A stretch of DNA of 64,000 nucleotides, from IMG/VR virus record IMGVR_UViG_3300033062_002592, positions 1-64,000 of that record. One strand, 5' to 3'. Of this stretch, positions 36,103 to 46,963 are shown piece after piece. How positions within the stretch are numbered: the first letter of the stretch is position 1; every line of letters starts with the position of its first letter. Source of the DNA: a virus. Lineage: Duplodnaviria > Caudoviricetes. The notes under the pieces were generated by a model. It ran no database searches. It saw only the letters and a list, made by a program, of their open reading frames with translations, and was not told where the DNA came from. The translations under genes and the position numbers were made by a program.

Positions 36103-38432
36103 AACTCACGACTTTGGATTACATTGAAGTCAATAAAGAGCCAGTGCTTGCCCTGTTCGTTAGAAATGGTAAACAAAGAGAGATGCACATTGTTAAAGAC
36201 TTCAAGCCCTATTTTTATGTTCCATCCCTAGAGCTTGGAGAAGGTTTCCAGGCTATAGATGGTATGCTTGTTAAAAAAATCTATACAAAACTTCCTCAGG
36301 ACGTTGAACATGAAAGACGAGATTATGATAAACATTGGGAAGCTGATGTTCATTTTTCAACCCGATACCTCATTGATTGCGTGCCACATATTGAGAAATC
36401 CGAACTTCGAGTTCAATATACTGATATTGAAAAAGATCCAGCTTCAAATAGAATTATATCCATCAGTGTGTATGACAATTATCTTCAGAAATGCATAGCA
36501 TTTGCCTGGCGCGAAGATTTATCTGAATCACGCAAAGACACTGTATATACATTTCCTTCTGGATATAAATTTAACGCTAGTATTCACTTATATAATTCAA
36601 GAGTTAAAATGCTTCAAAATTACATTAACTTCGTTAAAGATACCGATCCTGATATATTAACTGGATGGTTCTTTGTAAAATACGATGCTAAAGAATTGAT
36701 TCAAGAAATCAATTCTGTTGGACTCAAAGCATCTGATTTGTCACCATTGCATCGGGCATATATTATCGGTGAAGAAGTTTCAAAGATTGAATCCAACATT
36801 GCCATAAAAGGCAGAGTTCTCTGGGATATGCTTCATGCATATTCGGCTTTGCAACCTGGCCGTTTGCCTGATTATAGTTTAGAATCTGTAGCACAAAAAG
36901 AATTAGGTGAAGGTAAACATGCACATAAGCCGTTTAGTGAGTTATGGAGTGACATCGAAGAACTTGTTAATTATAATTGCAAGGACGCTGTCTTGGTCTA
37001 TCGTATCGACCAGAAACGTCATCTATTGGAATATTTCGATACCCTTAGGAGATTCGTTGGTTGTGAGTGGAACTCTCTTTTTCATGAAACGCTTTTGTGG
37101 GATACGTATATCCTGCGCAAGCTTCATAATACATTGGTTCTTCCCTCAAAAAATAGAAGGAAGAGTGAACGTTTTAAGGGAGCTAGAGTTCTCCAACCCA
37201 TTTCTAAAGGTATCCATAGGAACATCATTTTAATAGACCTCAAAAGTCTATATCCGTCAATAATCATTACATTCAACATGAGTCCCGAAACACTTGTTAA
37301 AAATAACGATTATAACAATTGTTACAAATTACCCAACGGTATAGCATTTAAAAAAGGCAAAATTGGAATCGTTCCTGAAGTTCTCTTAGAGCTTATGAAA
37401 CTTAGAGTTGAATTTAAAACAGAGATGAAGAAATATCCTTTTGGAGTCAGCGAATATGAATCATTATATCAGCAGCAGGAAGCTATCAAAATTTTGTTAA
37501 ATGCATTATATGGAGCGTTAGCGTATGAAAATTTCAGACTTGTTACCCCTGAAATTGCATCTGCTATACCATATGTTGGACGACATGTTCTTGAATTCAT
37601 TGTTAAAGAAGTCCAAGACCTCGGGTTCAAAGTATTATATGGTGACACAGATTCTATATTTATATGTGCGAATTCAGATGTTCCTAAAGAAAGTGTAAGG
37701 CAAATGCTCAGCATTTGCGAACATTTAAATGCTTCCCTTCCAAAATTTGCCAAAGATTTCGGCAACGCTGATAATTGTACTATAAGAATTGAGCCCAAAA
37801 AAATCTACAAATCATTGATGATTAGTGAAAAGAAATCTGGTGAAGTTGCAACTGCCAAAAAGCGCTATGGAGGCATCATTATGTGGGCCAATAATGAATA
37901 TATTGATATGAATTCTGAAAAAGCTCTAGAAATCATGGGCTTTGAATCCAAGCGTAGTGACAGCAGTGCCTTCTCAAGAGAGCTTCAGAAAAAAGTCATA
38001 CGTATGCTTTTAGAGGGTAAGTCGAAGACAGACCTAAAGCTTTATATAGAGGGATGCATCAATAGTATTAGCGGCAAAGATATTGATTACGAATATGTGG
38101 GAATTCCGAAAGGTCTGTCTCAAAGCCTCGAAAGCTATAAGACAGACAACCCACATCGCCGCGCCGCTCTTTATTCAAACAAATATTTAGGGATGAAATT
38201 TGGTATTGCTGATAAACCCAAAATCTTGTATGTTCGTGCTACTGGTAAATACCCACGAACCGATGTTGTTGCATTTTCATCGAATGAGGATCTTCCATCA
38301 GATTTTAAAATGGATGTAGATACCATGATTGACAAATCCATACGAATGAAAATAGAGCATATTTTGGATGCAGCAAATCTTGACTTCAACGAAATATTGC
38401 ATCCTTCTTCAAAGTTGTCAGAATTCATTTAA
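36099..38432 (+). CDS. polB: Family B DNA polymerase with 3'-5' exonuclease
   Basis: DIE exo I, YNCKD exo III, DLKSLYPSII, KILLNALYG, YGDTDS, KKRY; C-terminal PIP-like SKLSEFI. Confidence 0.97.
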   Translation: MKLTTLDYIEVNKEPVLALFVRNGKQREMHIVKDFKPYFYVPSLELGEGFQAIDGMLVKKIYTKLPQDVEHERRDYDKHWEADVHFSTRYLIDCVPHIEKSELRVQYTDIEKDPASNRIISISVYDNYLQKCIAFAWREDLSESRKDTVYTFPSGYKFNASIHLYNSRVKMLQNYINFVKDTDPDILTGWFFVKYDAKELIQEINSVGLKASDLSPLHRAYIIGEEVSKIESNIAIKGRVLWDMLHAYSALQPGRLPDYSLESVAQKELGEGKHAHKPFSELWSDIEELVNYNCKDAVLVYRIDQKRHLLEYFDTLRRFVGCEWNSLFHETLLWDTYILRKLHNTLVLPSKNRRKSERFKGARVLQPISKGIHRNIILIDLKSLYPSIIITFNMSPETLVKNNDYNNCYKLPNGIAFKKGKIGIVPEVLLELMKLRVEFKTEMKKYPFGVSEYESLYQQQEAIKILLNALYGALAYENFRLVTPEIASAIPYVGRHVLEFIVKEVQDLGFKVLYGDTDSIFICANSDVPKESVRQMLSICEHLNASLPKFAKDFGNADNCTIRIEPKKIYKSLMISEKKSGEVATAKKRYGGIIMWANNEYIDMNSEKALEIMGFESKRSDSSAFSRELQKKVIRMLLEGKSKTDLKLYIEGCINSISGKDIDYEYVGIPKGLSQSLESYKTDNPHRRAALYSNKYLGMKFGIADKPKILYVRATGKYPRTDVVAFSSNEDLPSDFKMDVDTMIDKSIRMKIEHILDAANLDFNEILHPSSKLSEFI

Positions 38433-38445
38433 ATGAGGTGATAAA

Positions 38446-39156
38446 ATGTTAAAAGGCGAAGAAAAGAATGAATGGACTAAAGATGAAATAAAAATTCTAC
38501 AAAAATATTATCCAGCCTTAGGCTCAAGAATGCAAGACTTTTTACCACAAAGAACCCCCTCTTCAATAGGTCATAAAGCATCAAGGTTAGGTCTTAGATT
38601 CCAAGACTTGGCTCAAGGTAAAGTTGGCTTTCTCGACATAGAATCCTCGGGTCTACAAGGAGACTTCGGATTCATGTATTCATGGTGTGTTAAAACCATG
38701 GGTGATTCTGAATTACATTATGGACTCATAACTGCTGATGAAATCAGATCCGGCGTTCTTGACAAACGTATAATTGAAGAACTTGTAGAAACTTTGAAAC
38801 AATATAAGAGAATCTATACATATTACGGATCCAGATTTGATGTGCCGTTTGCAAGAACACGAGCTTTGGCCCATGGATTAGAATTCGTTCCCTATGGACT
38901 TGTACAACATAAAGACATTTGGTTTTTAGCTCGAAGAGTTCTAAAATTACACCGAAACAGACTTGAAAATGTCTGTGACCTTCTAGGCATCAAAGGCAAG
39001 ACACATCTTGAACCCCATATTTGGGTCATGGCTAATACCGGAAACACAGAATCTTTGAAATATATATTAGAACATAATATGGCTGACGTTGAAATTCTTG
39101 AGAAAGTTTATAGGAAACTTCAAGAATATGAAGCAATAAGCAGAAGGTACATGTAA
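38446..39156 (+). CDS. Myb-like HTH fused to RNase H-like DEDD exonuclease (YprB-like)
   Basis: WTKDEIKIL...RT..SI..KA.RLGL; FLDIESSG, YYGSRFDVPF, HNMADV. Confidence 0.8.
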   Translation: MLKGEEKNEWTKDEIKILQKYYPALGSRMQDFLPQRTPSSIGHKASRLGLRFQDLAQGKVGFLDIESSGLQGDFGFMYSWCVKTMGDSELHYGLITADEIRSGVLDKRIIEELVETLKQYKRIYTYYGSRFDVPFARTRALAHGLEFVPYGLVQHKDIWFLARRVLKLHRNRLENVCDLLGIKGKTHLEPHIWVMANTGNTESLKYILEHNMADVEILEKVYRKLQEYEAISRRYM

Positions 39157-39367
39157 ATGGAACTAAAATGTGATTGGCGAGGATGCAAAAATCCCGCCTT
39201 TGCAGAGGTTGATTGGGATGCCAAAGATGGAAATTGGTATTGGAGCAATCTTTGCTTTCCGCATTTTTTTCTTGAAAGATATATTCGTAGAAGAGAGTTA
39301 GGATGGTGTCTTTCTCAAGTTTGGTATTCCCATTTTTGGAATTCAGTATGGCAGGTTATAGTAAAAT

Positions 39368-40114
39368 ATGTTCCTTTCTAAATCATCTTTAAATACTTGG
39401 CTACAATGTCCAGCCAAGTTTAAATATATATATATTGATAAGTGTAGACCAGAAACTTCTCCTCAAGCTCAACGCGGTATAGAAGTTCATGACTTTTGTA
39501 ACCACTTCTATGATAATATCAGCTTTAAAAATGGAGATGTCATTGTTGACCGAGACTTCCTAGAGCCTTATCTAGAAATGTGTATGGAAGAAACAAAAGA
39601 ACAAATCAATAATTTCATAGAATTTGAACAACAAAGATGGCGCATCTGTAGAAGCCTTTGTCCCAAAAATCCTAGAAAATTGTTTCTCCCGCTTTTAAGG
39701 GAAGAAAAATTTGTATCAGAAAAGCTGCAGCAAGTTACCATTGTTGATAGGATGGATCAGAGGCTCGATGGTAACTATACACTTGTAGAATACAAATCTG
39801 AAAGATTTCAAGAAAAAGAATGGAAGAAAACCGAGTTTCGCAGAGAAATGATGTTTGAAAAAATCACATGCGAAACTACGCCGGATTTCCAAGCCCGTTT
39901 CCCATATAATATCGTTGAATTCGTAGTTTACTTTCCCCGATCCAATGATGTGATGATGGAGAATTTCAATTACCGCACGGCTTCAGCTTTGAAGAAATCT
40001 ATAGAGCGAATGCGGATTGCCATCGAGAATTCGTATTATCCATGCAATGTGGAATATCATTGCAGATTTTGCGCGTTCAGCCTTGGACTATGTCCGATGG
40101 AGTTTGAAAAATAA
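39368..40114 (+). CDS. Cas4/AddB-like PD-(D/E)xK nuclease with Fe-S cysteines
   Basis: S.SSL..W..CP.KF, GIEVH, VDRMD...VEYKS, C-terminal CxxC...C. Confidence 0.85.
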   Translation: MFLSKSSLNTWLQCPAKFKYIYIDKCRPETSPQAQRGIEVHDFCNHFYDNISFKNGDVIVDRDFLEPYLEMCMEETKEQINNFIEFEQQRWRICRSLCPKNPRKLFLPLLREEKFVSEKLQQVTIVDRMDQRLDGNYTLVEYKSERFQEKEWKKTEFRREMMFEKITCETTPDFQARFPYNIVEFVVYFPRSNDVMMENFNYRTASALKKSIERMRIAIENSYYPCNVEYHCRFCAFSLGLCPMEFEK

Positions 40115-40418
40115 TGGTTATTTGGTGTGAAAACAGAAATTGCGATTTCTGCGTTGATGATTATACACATTGTTGTTTAGAGGACGCAAATATTGATAAA
40201 TATGGAAAATGCGCAAAATTTAAAAGGAGGAATAAATATAAAAAAGACCAAAATGAAATGCGGCAATTGCGGCAGTATTGATGTTGTTGAAAGTCTCTAC
40301 GATAATCCTGATATAGATTGGGAATCATATGATGCAAAACCATTAAGTCCTAAAGAACGTGAATACACAATAACATGTAATGAATGCGGGCATGTAACCC
40401 ATTTCAGGAAATGATATT

Positions 40419-41420
40419 ATGTGGTTGGGTCCTTTTGCCGATTTTCCTCGTGAAATGGGATACCCGGCCCGTTCTGGAATAGTTTACTCCATGAAAGAGT
40501 TTCTTGAAAAAATCAATTTACATAATCAAAAGACCAATGTATTCACAACTCTCTACAGTTTTGATTCTATAAATTCGAATGGCAAACCAGATTATGATTC
40601 TACAAGGATTGAGCATATATTCTTTGACTTAGATAATGGTAATGCTAATGAAAACATATTCAAATTACACAATTACCTTTTAGATAAAGATTTATTTCAT
40701 ACAATATTTTTTAGTGGTGGTGGATTTCATTGTTACATTGCCTGTATATATCCAAACTTTTTGAAGAATAAAAAAGCTGCAATTTTCAATGCTGTCACAG
40801 ATATTTCTGACAAAAACGGATTTAAAATCGGTATAAATGAACATTCTGATATTGATGCGCATACTATTGGTAATATTGCTCAGCTTGTTAGAGTTCCAAA
40901 TACATTTAATTTAAAGCGCAAACTTTTCTGTATCCCAATTTTGGATGATGACCTCTTTGAAAATATGGAATACATTAAAGAAAAGGCAAAGAAGCAATCA
41001 AATTTATTTACAGTTTATGGGCATCATTATTTAGATTTAATGCCTTATGATAGAGAATCAGTTGAAAGATATAAGATACCTTCAATAGAAATGGGAGATT
41101 CCAGCAATGGCATTGAAAATATTGATGTCGAAAAATTTCATCCTTGTGTCAAAGCTCTTTTGACCAAAAGACTTATAAAGCACAGAGAGCGTTATATAGT
41201 TATCACGTATTGTAAAGAAATCGGGCTCCCTATAAAGGATACGATTTTATTGTTAAAAAAACATCTTGAACCTAGAGTATTGAATCATTGTGTGTTTGAA
41301 GAACATCAACCAATGTTCATTTACCGCCGAGCCGATTTGGGATTTCCAAGTTGTGAAAAACTTCGTCAAGAGGGATTATGTGTCGAAAAAGAAGGAAATA
41401 GATGTAATCTTCGAACTTGA
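40419..41420 (+). CDS. Archaeo-eukaryotic primase with fused PriL-like Fe-S domain
   Basis: FFDLD, FSGGGFH, D...RVPNT; C-terminal HPC...H.ER...C...PSCEKL..GLC. Confidence 0.85.
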   Translation: MWLGPFADFPREMGYPARSGIVYSMKEFLEKINLHNQKTNVFTTLYSFDSINSNGKPDYDSTRIEHIFFDLDNGNANENIFKLHNYLLDKDLFHTIFFSGGGFHCYIACIYPNFLKNKKAAIFNAVTDISDKNGFKIGINEHSDIDAHTIGNIAQLVRVPNTFNLKRKLFCIPILDDDLFENMEYIKEKAKKQSNLFTVYGHHYLDLMPYDRESVERYKIPSIEMGDSSNGIENIDVEKFHPCVKALLTKRLIKHRERYIVITYCKEIGLPIKDTILLLKKHLEPRVLNHCVFEEHQPMFIYRRADLGFPSCEKLRQEGLCVEKEGNRCNLRT

Positions 41421-41518
41421 AAAGCTTCGAGCAAAAACCAATCGTCTTGAAAGATATTATCATAGTAATTTGAAATATATAAAAATCCTATTTGCAGAAA
41501 TAGATAAGTTGAAGAAAA

Positions 41519-42796
41519 ATGGCAATTGTAGCACCGGATAAAAATTTCCTAGAGCAGTTTTCAACTTCCTTTGAAATGTTCAGCTATAATAATGACCTCT
41601 ATGGTAGGCTTTGCGCCCATGTGCTACTAGGCCAAATTCTCAAAAATGTTAAAATTTATTTCGGTCCAATTTTTGTAGATGCAAGAATTTCATTGTTTTT
41701 CATTCAGCCTAGCGGCACAGGCAAAAGCACACCTTGGGGATTTATAAAACAAGTTGGACAAAAATCGGGACTTCGCATGAATGACATTGATATTGCTACA
41801 GATGCCGCTCTTGTAGGAACTGAAGAAGCTGAAGAAGTTGTTGACCCCGAAACCAAAACAAAAACCATCGTTCACAACGTTATCAAAGGCAAGCTCGCTC
41901 AGGCTGATGTGTTACATTATGATGAAGGTCAAATGCTCATTAAACGTGGAACATACGCAGAAAATACATTGGCATTATTTCAAAAGGCCCTGAATCCCAT
42001 TGGCAGCGGACTTAATAATATTACGAAAAATTTGGCGCATCAGGATATTGAAATCGAACCAACTTGTAGTCTGATAATAACATCCCATGAAATAGAAAAT
42101 CTTTTAGACACGGTTTTGAATACAGGATTCTTCCAGAGAATCGTTTTGTATCCAAGATATGTTCCCATTCCTGAACGTAAAAGAAATGAATTTATTAGAT
42201 GTGACAGGTTTGGAAAAAGGTCTTTTATGCAAATAGATGTTGAAACTATGGCTGAAAAACTTTTAAGAACAGCACAAGCCAACGAAAAGTTTGAAGTTGT
42301 AGTTAATAAAGATGTTTATCCTGTGGCAAAGCAGGGAATTGACAATATATATAAATTAACGGATTCATCCCATGAACGTGTGCGCGACATTATGGCAACG
42401 TTTGCGCCAAGATATGATAATTTGATGTATATTTTTGCAATACATCATTGTTGTGCTGAATACAAAAAAGAAGTTGATATTAAAGATATCAAATATGGAA
42501 TTTGGATGACTTCAAAATTATTCAGTGAAGTTATGGCATGGGTTGAAGAAAATATTCATTTATCCAAATTATCATCGAAAGACCAAAGTTATCTCAATAG
42601 CGCCTTCCAAATTTATACCATGATGCAGAAAGATTCAAATGGATATGTATATCTGCAGGCGCTTATTGAAAATTGTAGTAACAGATGGAGAATTACAAAA
42701 CCTTCGGTGGCGAGAAAATTGGAAAGATTTGGTGGATATAATAAATTAAAAAGAATAAGACAAAATACGACAGATTTAGTAAAAATTGAATTATAA
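41519..42796 (+). CDS. Divergent MCM-like AAA+ helicase
   Basis: PSGTGKS Walker A, TDAALVG, GKLAQAD, YDEG Walker B, GFFQR Arg finger; C-terminal wHTH-like end; follows the primase gene. Confidence 0.6.
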   Translation: MAIVAPDKNFLEQFSTSFEMFSYNNDLYGRLCAHVLLGQILKNVKIYFGPIFVDARISLFFIQPSGTGKSTPWGFIKQVGQKSGLRMNDIDIATDAALVGTEEAEEVVDPETKTKTIVHNVIKGKLAQADVLHYDEGQMLIKRGTYAENTLALFQKALNPIGSGLNNITKNLAHQDIEIEPTCSLIITSHEIENLLDTVLNTGFFQRIVLYPRYVPIPERKRNEFIRCDRFGKRSFMQIDVETMAEKLLRTAQANEKFEVVVNKDVYPVAKQGIDNIYKLTDSSHERVRDIMATFAPRYDNLMYIFAIHHCCAEYKKEVDIKDIKYGIWMTSKLFSEVMAWVEENIHLSKLSSKDQSYLNSAFQIYTMMQKDSNGYVYLQALIENCSNRWRITKPSVARKLERFGGYNKLKRIRQNTTDLVKIEL

Positions 42797-42810
42797 ATTG
42801 AGGTGAAAAA

Positions 42811-44070
42811 ATGGAAAAAACAAAAATAATGCTGATGACTGATTCAAATACAAGAACTGGATTTGGCGGCGTTTCACATAATATAGCCATAGGCTTGGCT
42901 GAAAACAATTTCGATGTATCTTGGCTTGGCTGGGGTTTTCATGCTGACGGTCCAATGCCCCGCGCTAATTATATATTATTGCCATCTGGTCAAGCTCCCT
43001 TTGGTGAAGACATTCTACCATATTATCTTCAAGTTATAAAACCAGAAGTTTTCATGACTCAAGCCGACACAAGAATGGTAATGAATATTCCTCAAGCCCT
43101 AAAGCAAGTTCCTAATAAGCCAGCGTGGGTATTCTACGTAGTCATAGATGGTTCGACTTGGGATTATAAAGGCGAAAACAAGAAATGGCCCACAAACTGG
43201 CTCAATTGCATCAAGCAAGCCGACAAAGTTGTAACCATGACAAAGTTTGGTCAAGATATACTACAGGCGAATGGCGTAGAGTCTCAAGTGATTTATCACG
43301 GCGTAGAGACTTCTCGTTATACCCCAATATCAGAAGAAAATAAACGCAAGCTGAAAGCCTCGTCCGGCCTTCAAGAGGATCTATTCATCTTTGGTGGAGT
43401 CTTCAAAAACATGGCGCGCAAATGTCCAGAAAAATATCTTCAAGCGTTCAAAATTTTTTACGAAAGCTTAAACGAAGCACAGCAAAGCAAAGTTGCACTT
43501 CTTTTACACACAAATCCTGGACCTGGTCCCTCTGGAGAATTTGACCTAGTTGAACAATGTGTGGATTATGGATTAACGCCAGGAAAAAATGTAATCTTTA
43601 GTATGCAAAACGTTCCACCAGATTTAATGCAACTTGTTTATCAATCAATGGATGTCTATCTACACCTTGGTACAATGGAAGGCTTTGGACTGCCAATTAT
43701 AGAGGCAATGTCCTGCGGCATTCCCAGCATTGGTATCAACAGTTGTACGATGCCCGAATTAATTGGAGACTGCGGCATACTTTCAGAAGTTCCCCGCTAT
43801 AACAAGACTCATAAGATAAGCTTCGGCTCATACAATGGCGTTGAATGCGACATAGTTGATCCTTGGGATATTGCAAAAAAGATGCAGAAGCTCTATGAAA
43901 GTGAAGCCCTCAGAAAAGAACTTGGCTTTAAATCTACAGAACGCGCAGTAAAAACTTTTGATTGGTCAATAATCCGAAAGCAGTGGGTTGATTTAATGAA
44001 GTCATTGGTAATCACAGAAGATAAAATCCCTGAAGAGTGGCAAAAGCTTTATGCCGAGACAAAAGTCTAA
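42811..44070 (+). CDS. Glycosyltransferase family 4
   Basis: TGFG.V, IYHGV, EGFGLPIIEAMSCG. Confidence 0.9.
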   Translation: MEKTKIMLMTDSNTRTGFGGVSHNIAIGLAENNFDVSWLGWGFHADGPMPRANYILLPSGQAPFGEDILPYYLQVIKPEVFMTQADTRMVMNIPQALKQVPNKPAWVFYVVIDGSTWDYKGENKKWPTNWLNCIKQADKVVTMTKFGQDILQANGVESQVIYHGVETSRYTPISEENKRKLKASSGLQEDLFIFGGVFKNMARKCPEKYLQAFKIFYESLNEAQQSKVALLLHTNPGPGPSGEFDLVEQCVDYGLTPGKNVIFSMQNVPPDLMQLVYQSMDVYLHLGTMEGFGLPIIEAMSCGIPSIGINSCTMPELIGDCGILSEVPRYNKTHKISFGSYNGVECDIVDPWDIAKKMQKLYESEALRKELGFKSTERAVKTFDWSIIRKQWVDLMKSLVITEDKIPEEWQKLYAETKV

Positions 44071-44170
44071 ACCAAAAGTTTGCAAAGAAAAAAACTGCAA
44101 AAAATGCATGGAACATTTTCATGTTGAAATACTTTGGTATTGTCCTTATGGTAAAAGAAGGCAAGATTAA

Positions 44171-44518
44171 ATGAAAAGCAAAAGTAGTGAATACCAACCC
44201 TTAGTATTACCAGATAAATTAGATGAATTATTTAAGATGCAAAGAGAATTCCAAGATGAACATGGATACTGGCCCGATTTACACCATGTTTGTGCCGCCG
44301 GTGCTGCAGAGTTTTTAGAACTTTGGGCAAAAAGCGGTGGCAAATGGTGGAAGAAACACAAAGTTGCACTTAAAGAAGAACAAGTAGAGGAACTCGTTGA
44401 TGTTCTCCATTTCTTTCTTTTGGCCTGTTTAAAACTTGAGATTACTCCCCTAGAACTGTTTGACGCTTATAAGGAAAAATTAAACGTCAATATTGAAAGA
44501 GCAAAAAACAATTATTAG
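44171..44518 (+). CDS. Dimeric dUTPase/MazG-like all-alpha NTP pyrophosphatase
   Basis: AEFLEL...KWWK...EELVDVLHF...Y.EK..VN.ER. Confidence 0.8.
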   Translation: MKSKSSEYQPLVLPDKLDELFKMQREFQDEHGYWPDLHHVCAAGAAEFLELWAKSGGKWWKKHKVALKEEQVEELVDVLHFFLLACLKLEITPLELFDAYKEKLNVNIERAKNNY

Positions 44519-44530
44519 GAGATTTTTATT

Positions 44531-46279
44531 ATGACAGAAGATTTTAAACTTATCGAAGAATATCTCGCAAATCACAATTGGAGAATAAGTGAAAACTCAA
44601 ATACAACTTACAGCTTCTCAGGATTAAAATCCTATTTAGATTCGCATATCTTGGCCGATTTTGCATTATCTAAATTGCCAGAAGAAATCCGTAAAGCCCA
44701 TAAAAATGGAGATTTCCACATTCACAATTTAGAATCTGGAAATCTTATCAGATATTGCAGCGGTAACTCGTTGCAAATGTTATTACTGAAGGGCTTGTGG
44801 ACTCCTTCTCTGATTTCTAAACCCGCAAAACATTTTAGCGCCGTTGTTGACCATGTGATGAATTATCTTTACATGATTCAAATGGAAACTGCGGGTGCTG
44901 TTGCATTTAATGATGTAGATACCTTGTTAGCACCGTTTATCAGACATGACAAACTTGATTTCAATCACGTAAAACAGGACATTCAAAGATTAATCTTTAA
45001 CTTGAATTTTACATTGCGCTCAGCCTCTCAAACGCCCTTCAGCAATGTTTCATTAAACTTCGGCGTTCCTAAATATCTTAAGAACAGCCCCGCCATAATA
45101 GGCGGCGAAGTTAAAGACAATCCATGTTACAGCGATTATGAAAAAGAGATTGAAATGTTTGATATAGCTTTCTCAGAGATTCTCATGGATCGCGATGGCA
45201 AAATGCGCCCCTTTACATTTCCCATTCCCACAATTAATCTTACTAAAGCCATAAATTGGGATTCTGAAGCCATTAGAATGATGCTCATAGAAGACATTAC
45301 ATTGGGATCATTTTATTTCATGAATTATATTGGCTCAGGCATTTCAGAAGAAACCGTTAGAGCCATGTGTTGCAGATTGAATATTGATACATCAGAATTG
45401 TCTTCTGCTGGTGGACTATGGAACATGGGTGATTCCACAGGCAGCCTCGGAGTTGTTACACTTAATCTCGCAAGAATTGGATATCTCTCAAAAACAGAGG
45501 ATGAAATTTATGAACGTCTTACAGCTTTGCTAAAGCTCGCTGTTGAAGAATTATTAATTAAAGAGCAGATGATACGCAAAGGTTATGAAGCGGGTCTTTC
45601 TCCCTTTTCAGAATACTATGATTTGAATCTAGACCATTACTTTAGAACAATTGGTATAGTAGGACTTAACGAGCTTTGCTTAAACTTTACAGGCAAAGGC
45701 TTGATAGATAATGCAGAGCTAGGCTACAAAATACTATCATTCTTGAGAGGTAAAATCAAAGAAATTCAGAAAGAAACTAAAAAGCTGTTTAATCTTGAAA
45801 TGACTCCAGCTGAAGGTAGTTCATACCGATTAGCCAAGAAAGACTTGGAGAAGTATGCTAACATTAAAACTTTGGGAACAAAGGAAGCACCATATTATAC
45901 ATCGTTGTTGATTCCACCATCTGAAGCCATGGACGTTTGGGAACGTTTGAAAATCGAAGAAAAGTTATTACCACTATTCTCAGGCGGAACAGTCTTCCGA
46001 GTTTTCGTTGGCGATGAAACAGATGATATTAACAGCGTAAAAAAATTGATTCAAACTATAGCTGCTTCGAAGATTCCATATTTTGACATTACAAGAACCT
46101 TTTCAGTCTGCGCAGGTGAAGGTAAGTTCTACAACGGAGAGGTTGAAATCTGCCCAAGCTGTGGTAAGCGAACTGAAGTATTTTCAAGAGTTGTGGGATA
46201 TTATCGACCAGTAAATAAATGGAATATTGGAAAGCAACAAGAATTTAAAGAAAGAAAATACGTTAAAATTGGCGGATGA
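44531..46279 (+). CDS. nrdD: Anaerobic (class III) ribonucleotide reductase
   Basis: ENSN, HIHNL, QTPFSN, FTFPIP, AMCCRL, TPAEG, SRVVGYY glycyl-radical loop. Confidence 0.95.
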   Translation: MTEDFKLIEEYLANHNWRISENSNTTYSFSGLKSYLDSHILADFALSKLPEEIRKAHKNGDFHIHNLESGNLIRYCSGNSLQMLLLKGLWTPSLISKPAKHFSAVVDHVMNYLYMIQMETAGAVAFNDVDTLLAPFIRHDKLDFNHVKQDIQRLIFNLNFTLRSASQTPFSNVSLNFGVPKYLKNSPAIIGGEVKDNPCYSDYEKEIEMFDIAFSEILMDRDGKMRPFTFPIPTINLTKAINWDSEAIRMMLIEDITLGSFYFMNYIGSGISEETVRAMCCRLNIDTSELSSAGGLWNMGDSTGSLGVVTLNLARIGYLSKTEDEIYERLTALLKLAVEELLIKEQMIRKGYEAGLSPFSEYYDLNLDHYFRTIGIVGLNELCLNFTGKGLIDNAELGYKILSFLRGKIKEIQKETKKLFNLEMTPAEGSSYRLAKKDLEKYANIKTLGTKEAPYYTSLLIPPSEAMDVWERLKIEEKLLPLFSGGTVFRVFVGDETDDINSVKKLIQTIAASKIPYFDITRTFSVCAGEGKFYNGEVEICPSCGKRTEVFSRVVGYYRPVNKWNIGKQQEFKERKYVKIGG

Positions 46280-46621
46280 AATGAACAAAGTTTTTTGCGA
46301 TTATTGCCATAATGAGATTCCTCCAGATAAAGTTTATGAAGTAATCTTGAGATATCCCGGAGAAATTTGTGGAACTTGGGACGCCTGTGAAAATTGCTTC
46401 AAAGTTATTGAATCAAAATTGGGATTGAAAAAATGAAATGTCATTGCGGATCCGAGCTTAAAGCCGAAGATAGTAAAAGTGGAGAAATCTGGGTCTGCCC
46501 CAAATGTGAATGCAAATTCAGGTTTACTTTAGTAAAATGGCAGAACAAATGCTATGCAAAGTTTCACAAAGACCAAAATACTTAAATACTTGTATTGCTT
46601 ATATGTATATGAGATGTTTTT

Positions 46622-46963
46622 TTGCTGATAGACAATACAAGAGTCCAAGTTATGCAATTTGAAAACCTTCGAGAATTTATTAAGCCAAGTTCAAGTTGCT
46701 ATGTTTTAAAGTATGAACTCGGCGATGAAGATGCTGTCTATTACACCATCGCTGATGGTTCAAACTTTGCATTATTGGCATTCTGTCTTGATAAAAATTT
46801 TAAAACGGAAAACGTCAAGATTGAAGGAGATAAGATTATAGAAGCTACAGGCCCCTCAGGAACCACAGTTGTTCTTGCAAATGTTATTAATGATACATTC
46901 TTAGAAGCCGTTCTTGATGAATATTTTGGGAAAAAACCTAGGAAAAAGAAAAATGAAAATTAA
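46622..46963 (+). CDS. Hypothetical protein
   Basis: ORF after a TATA-like element at about 46581-46590. Confidence 0.55.
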   Translation: MLIDNTRVQVMQFENLREFIKPSSSCYVLKYELGDEDAVYYTIADGSNFALLAFCLDKNFKTENVKIEGDKIIEATGPSGTTVVLANVINDTFLEAVLDEYFGKKPRKKKNEN

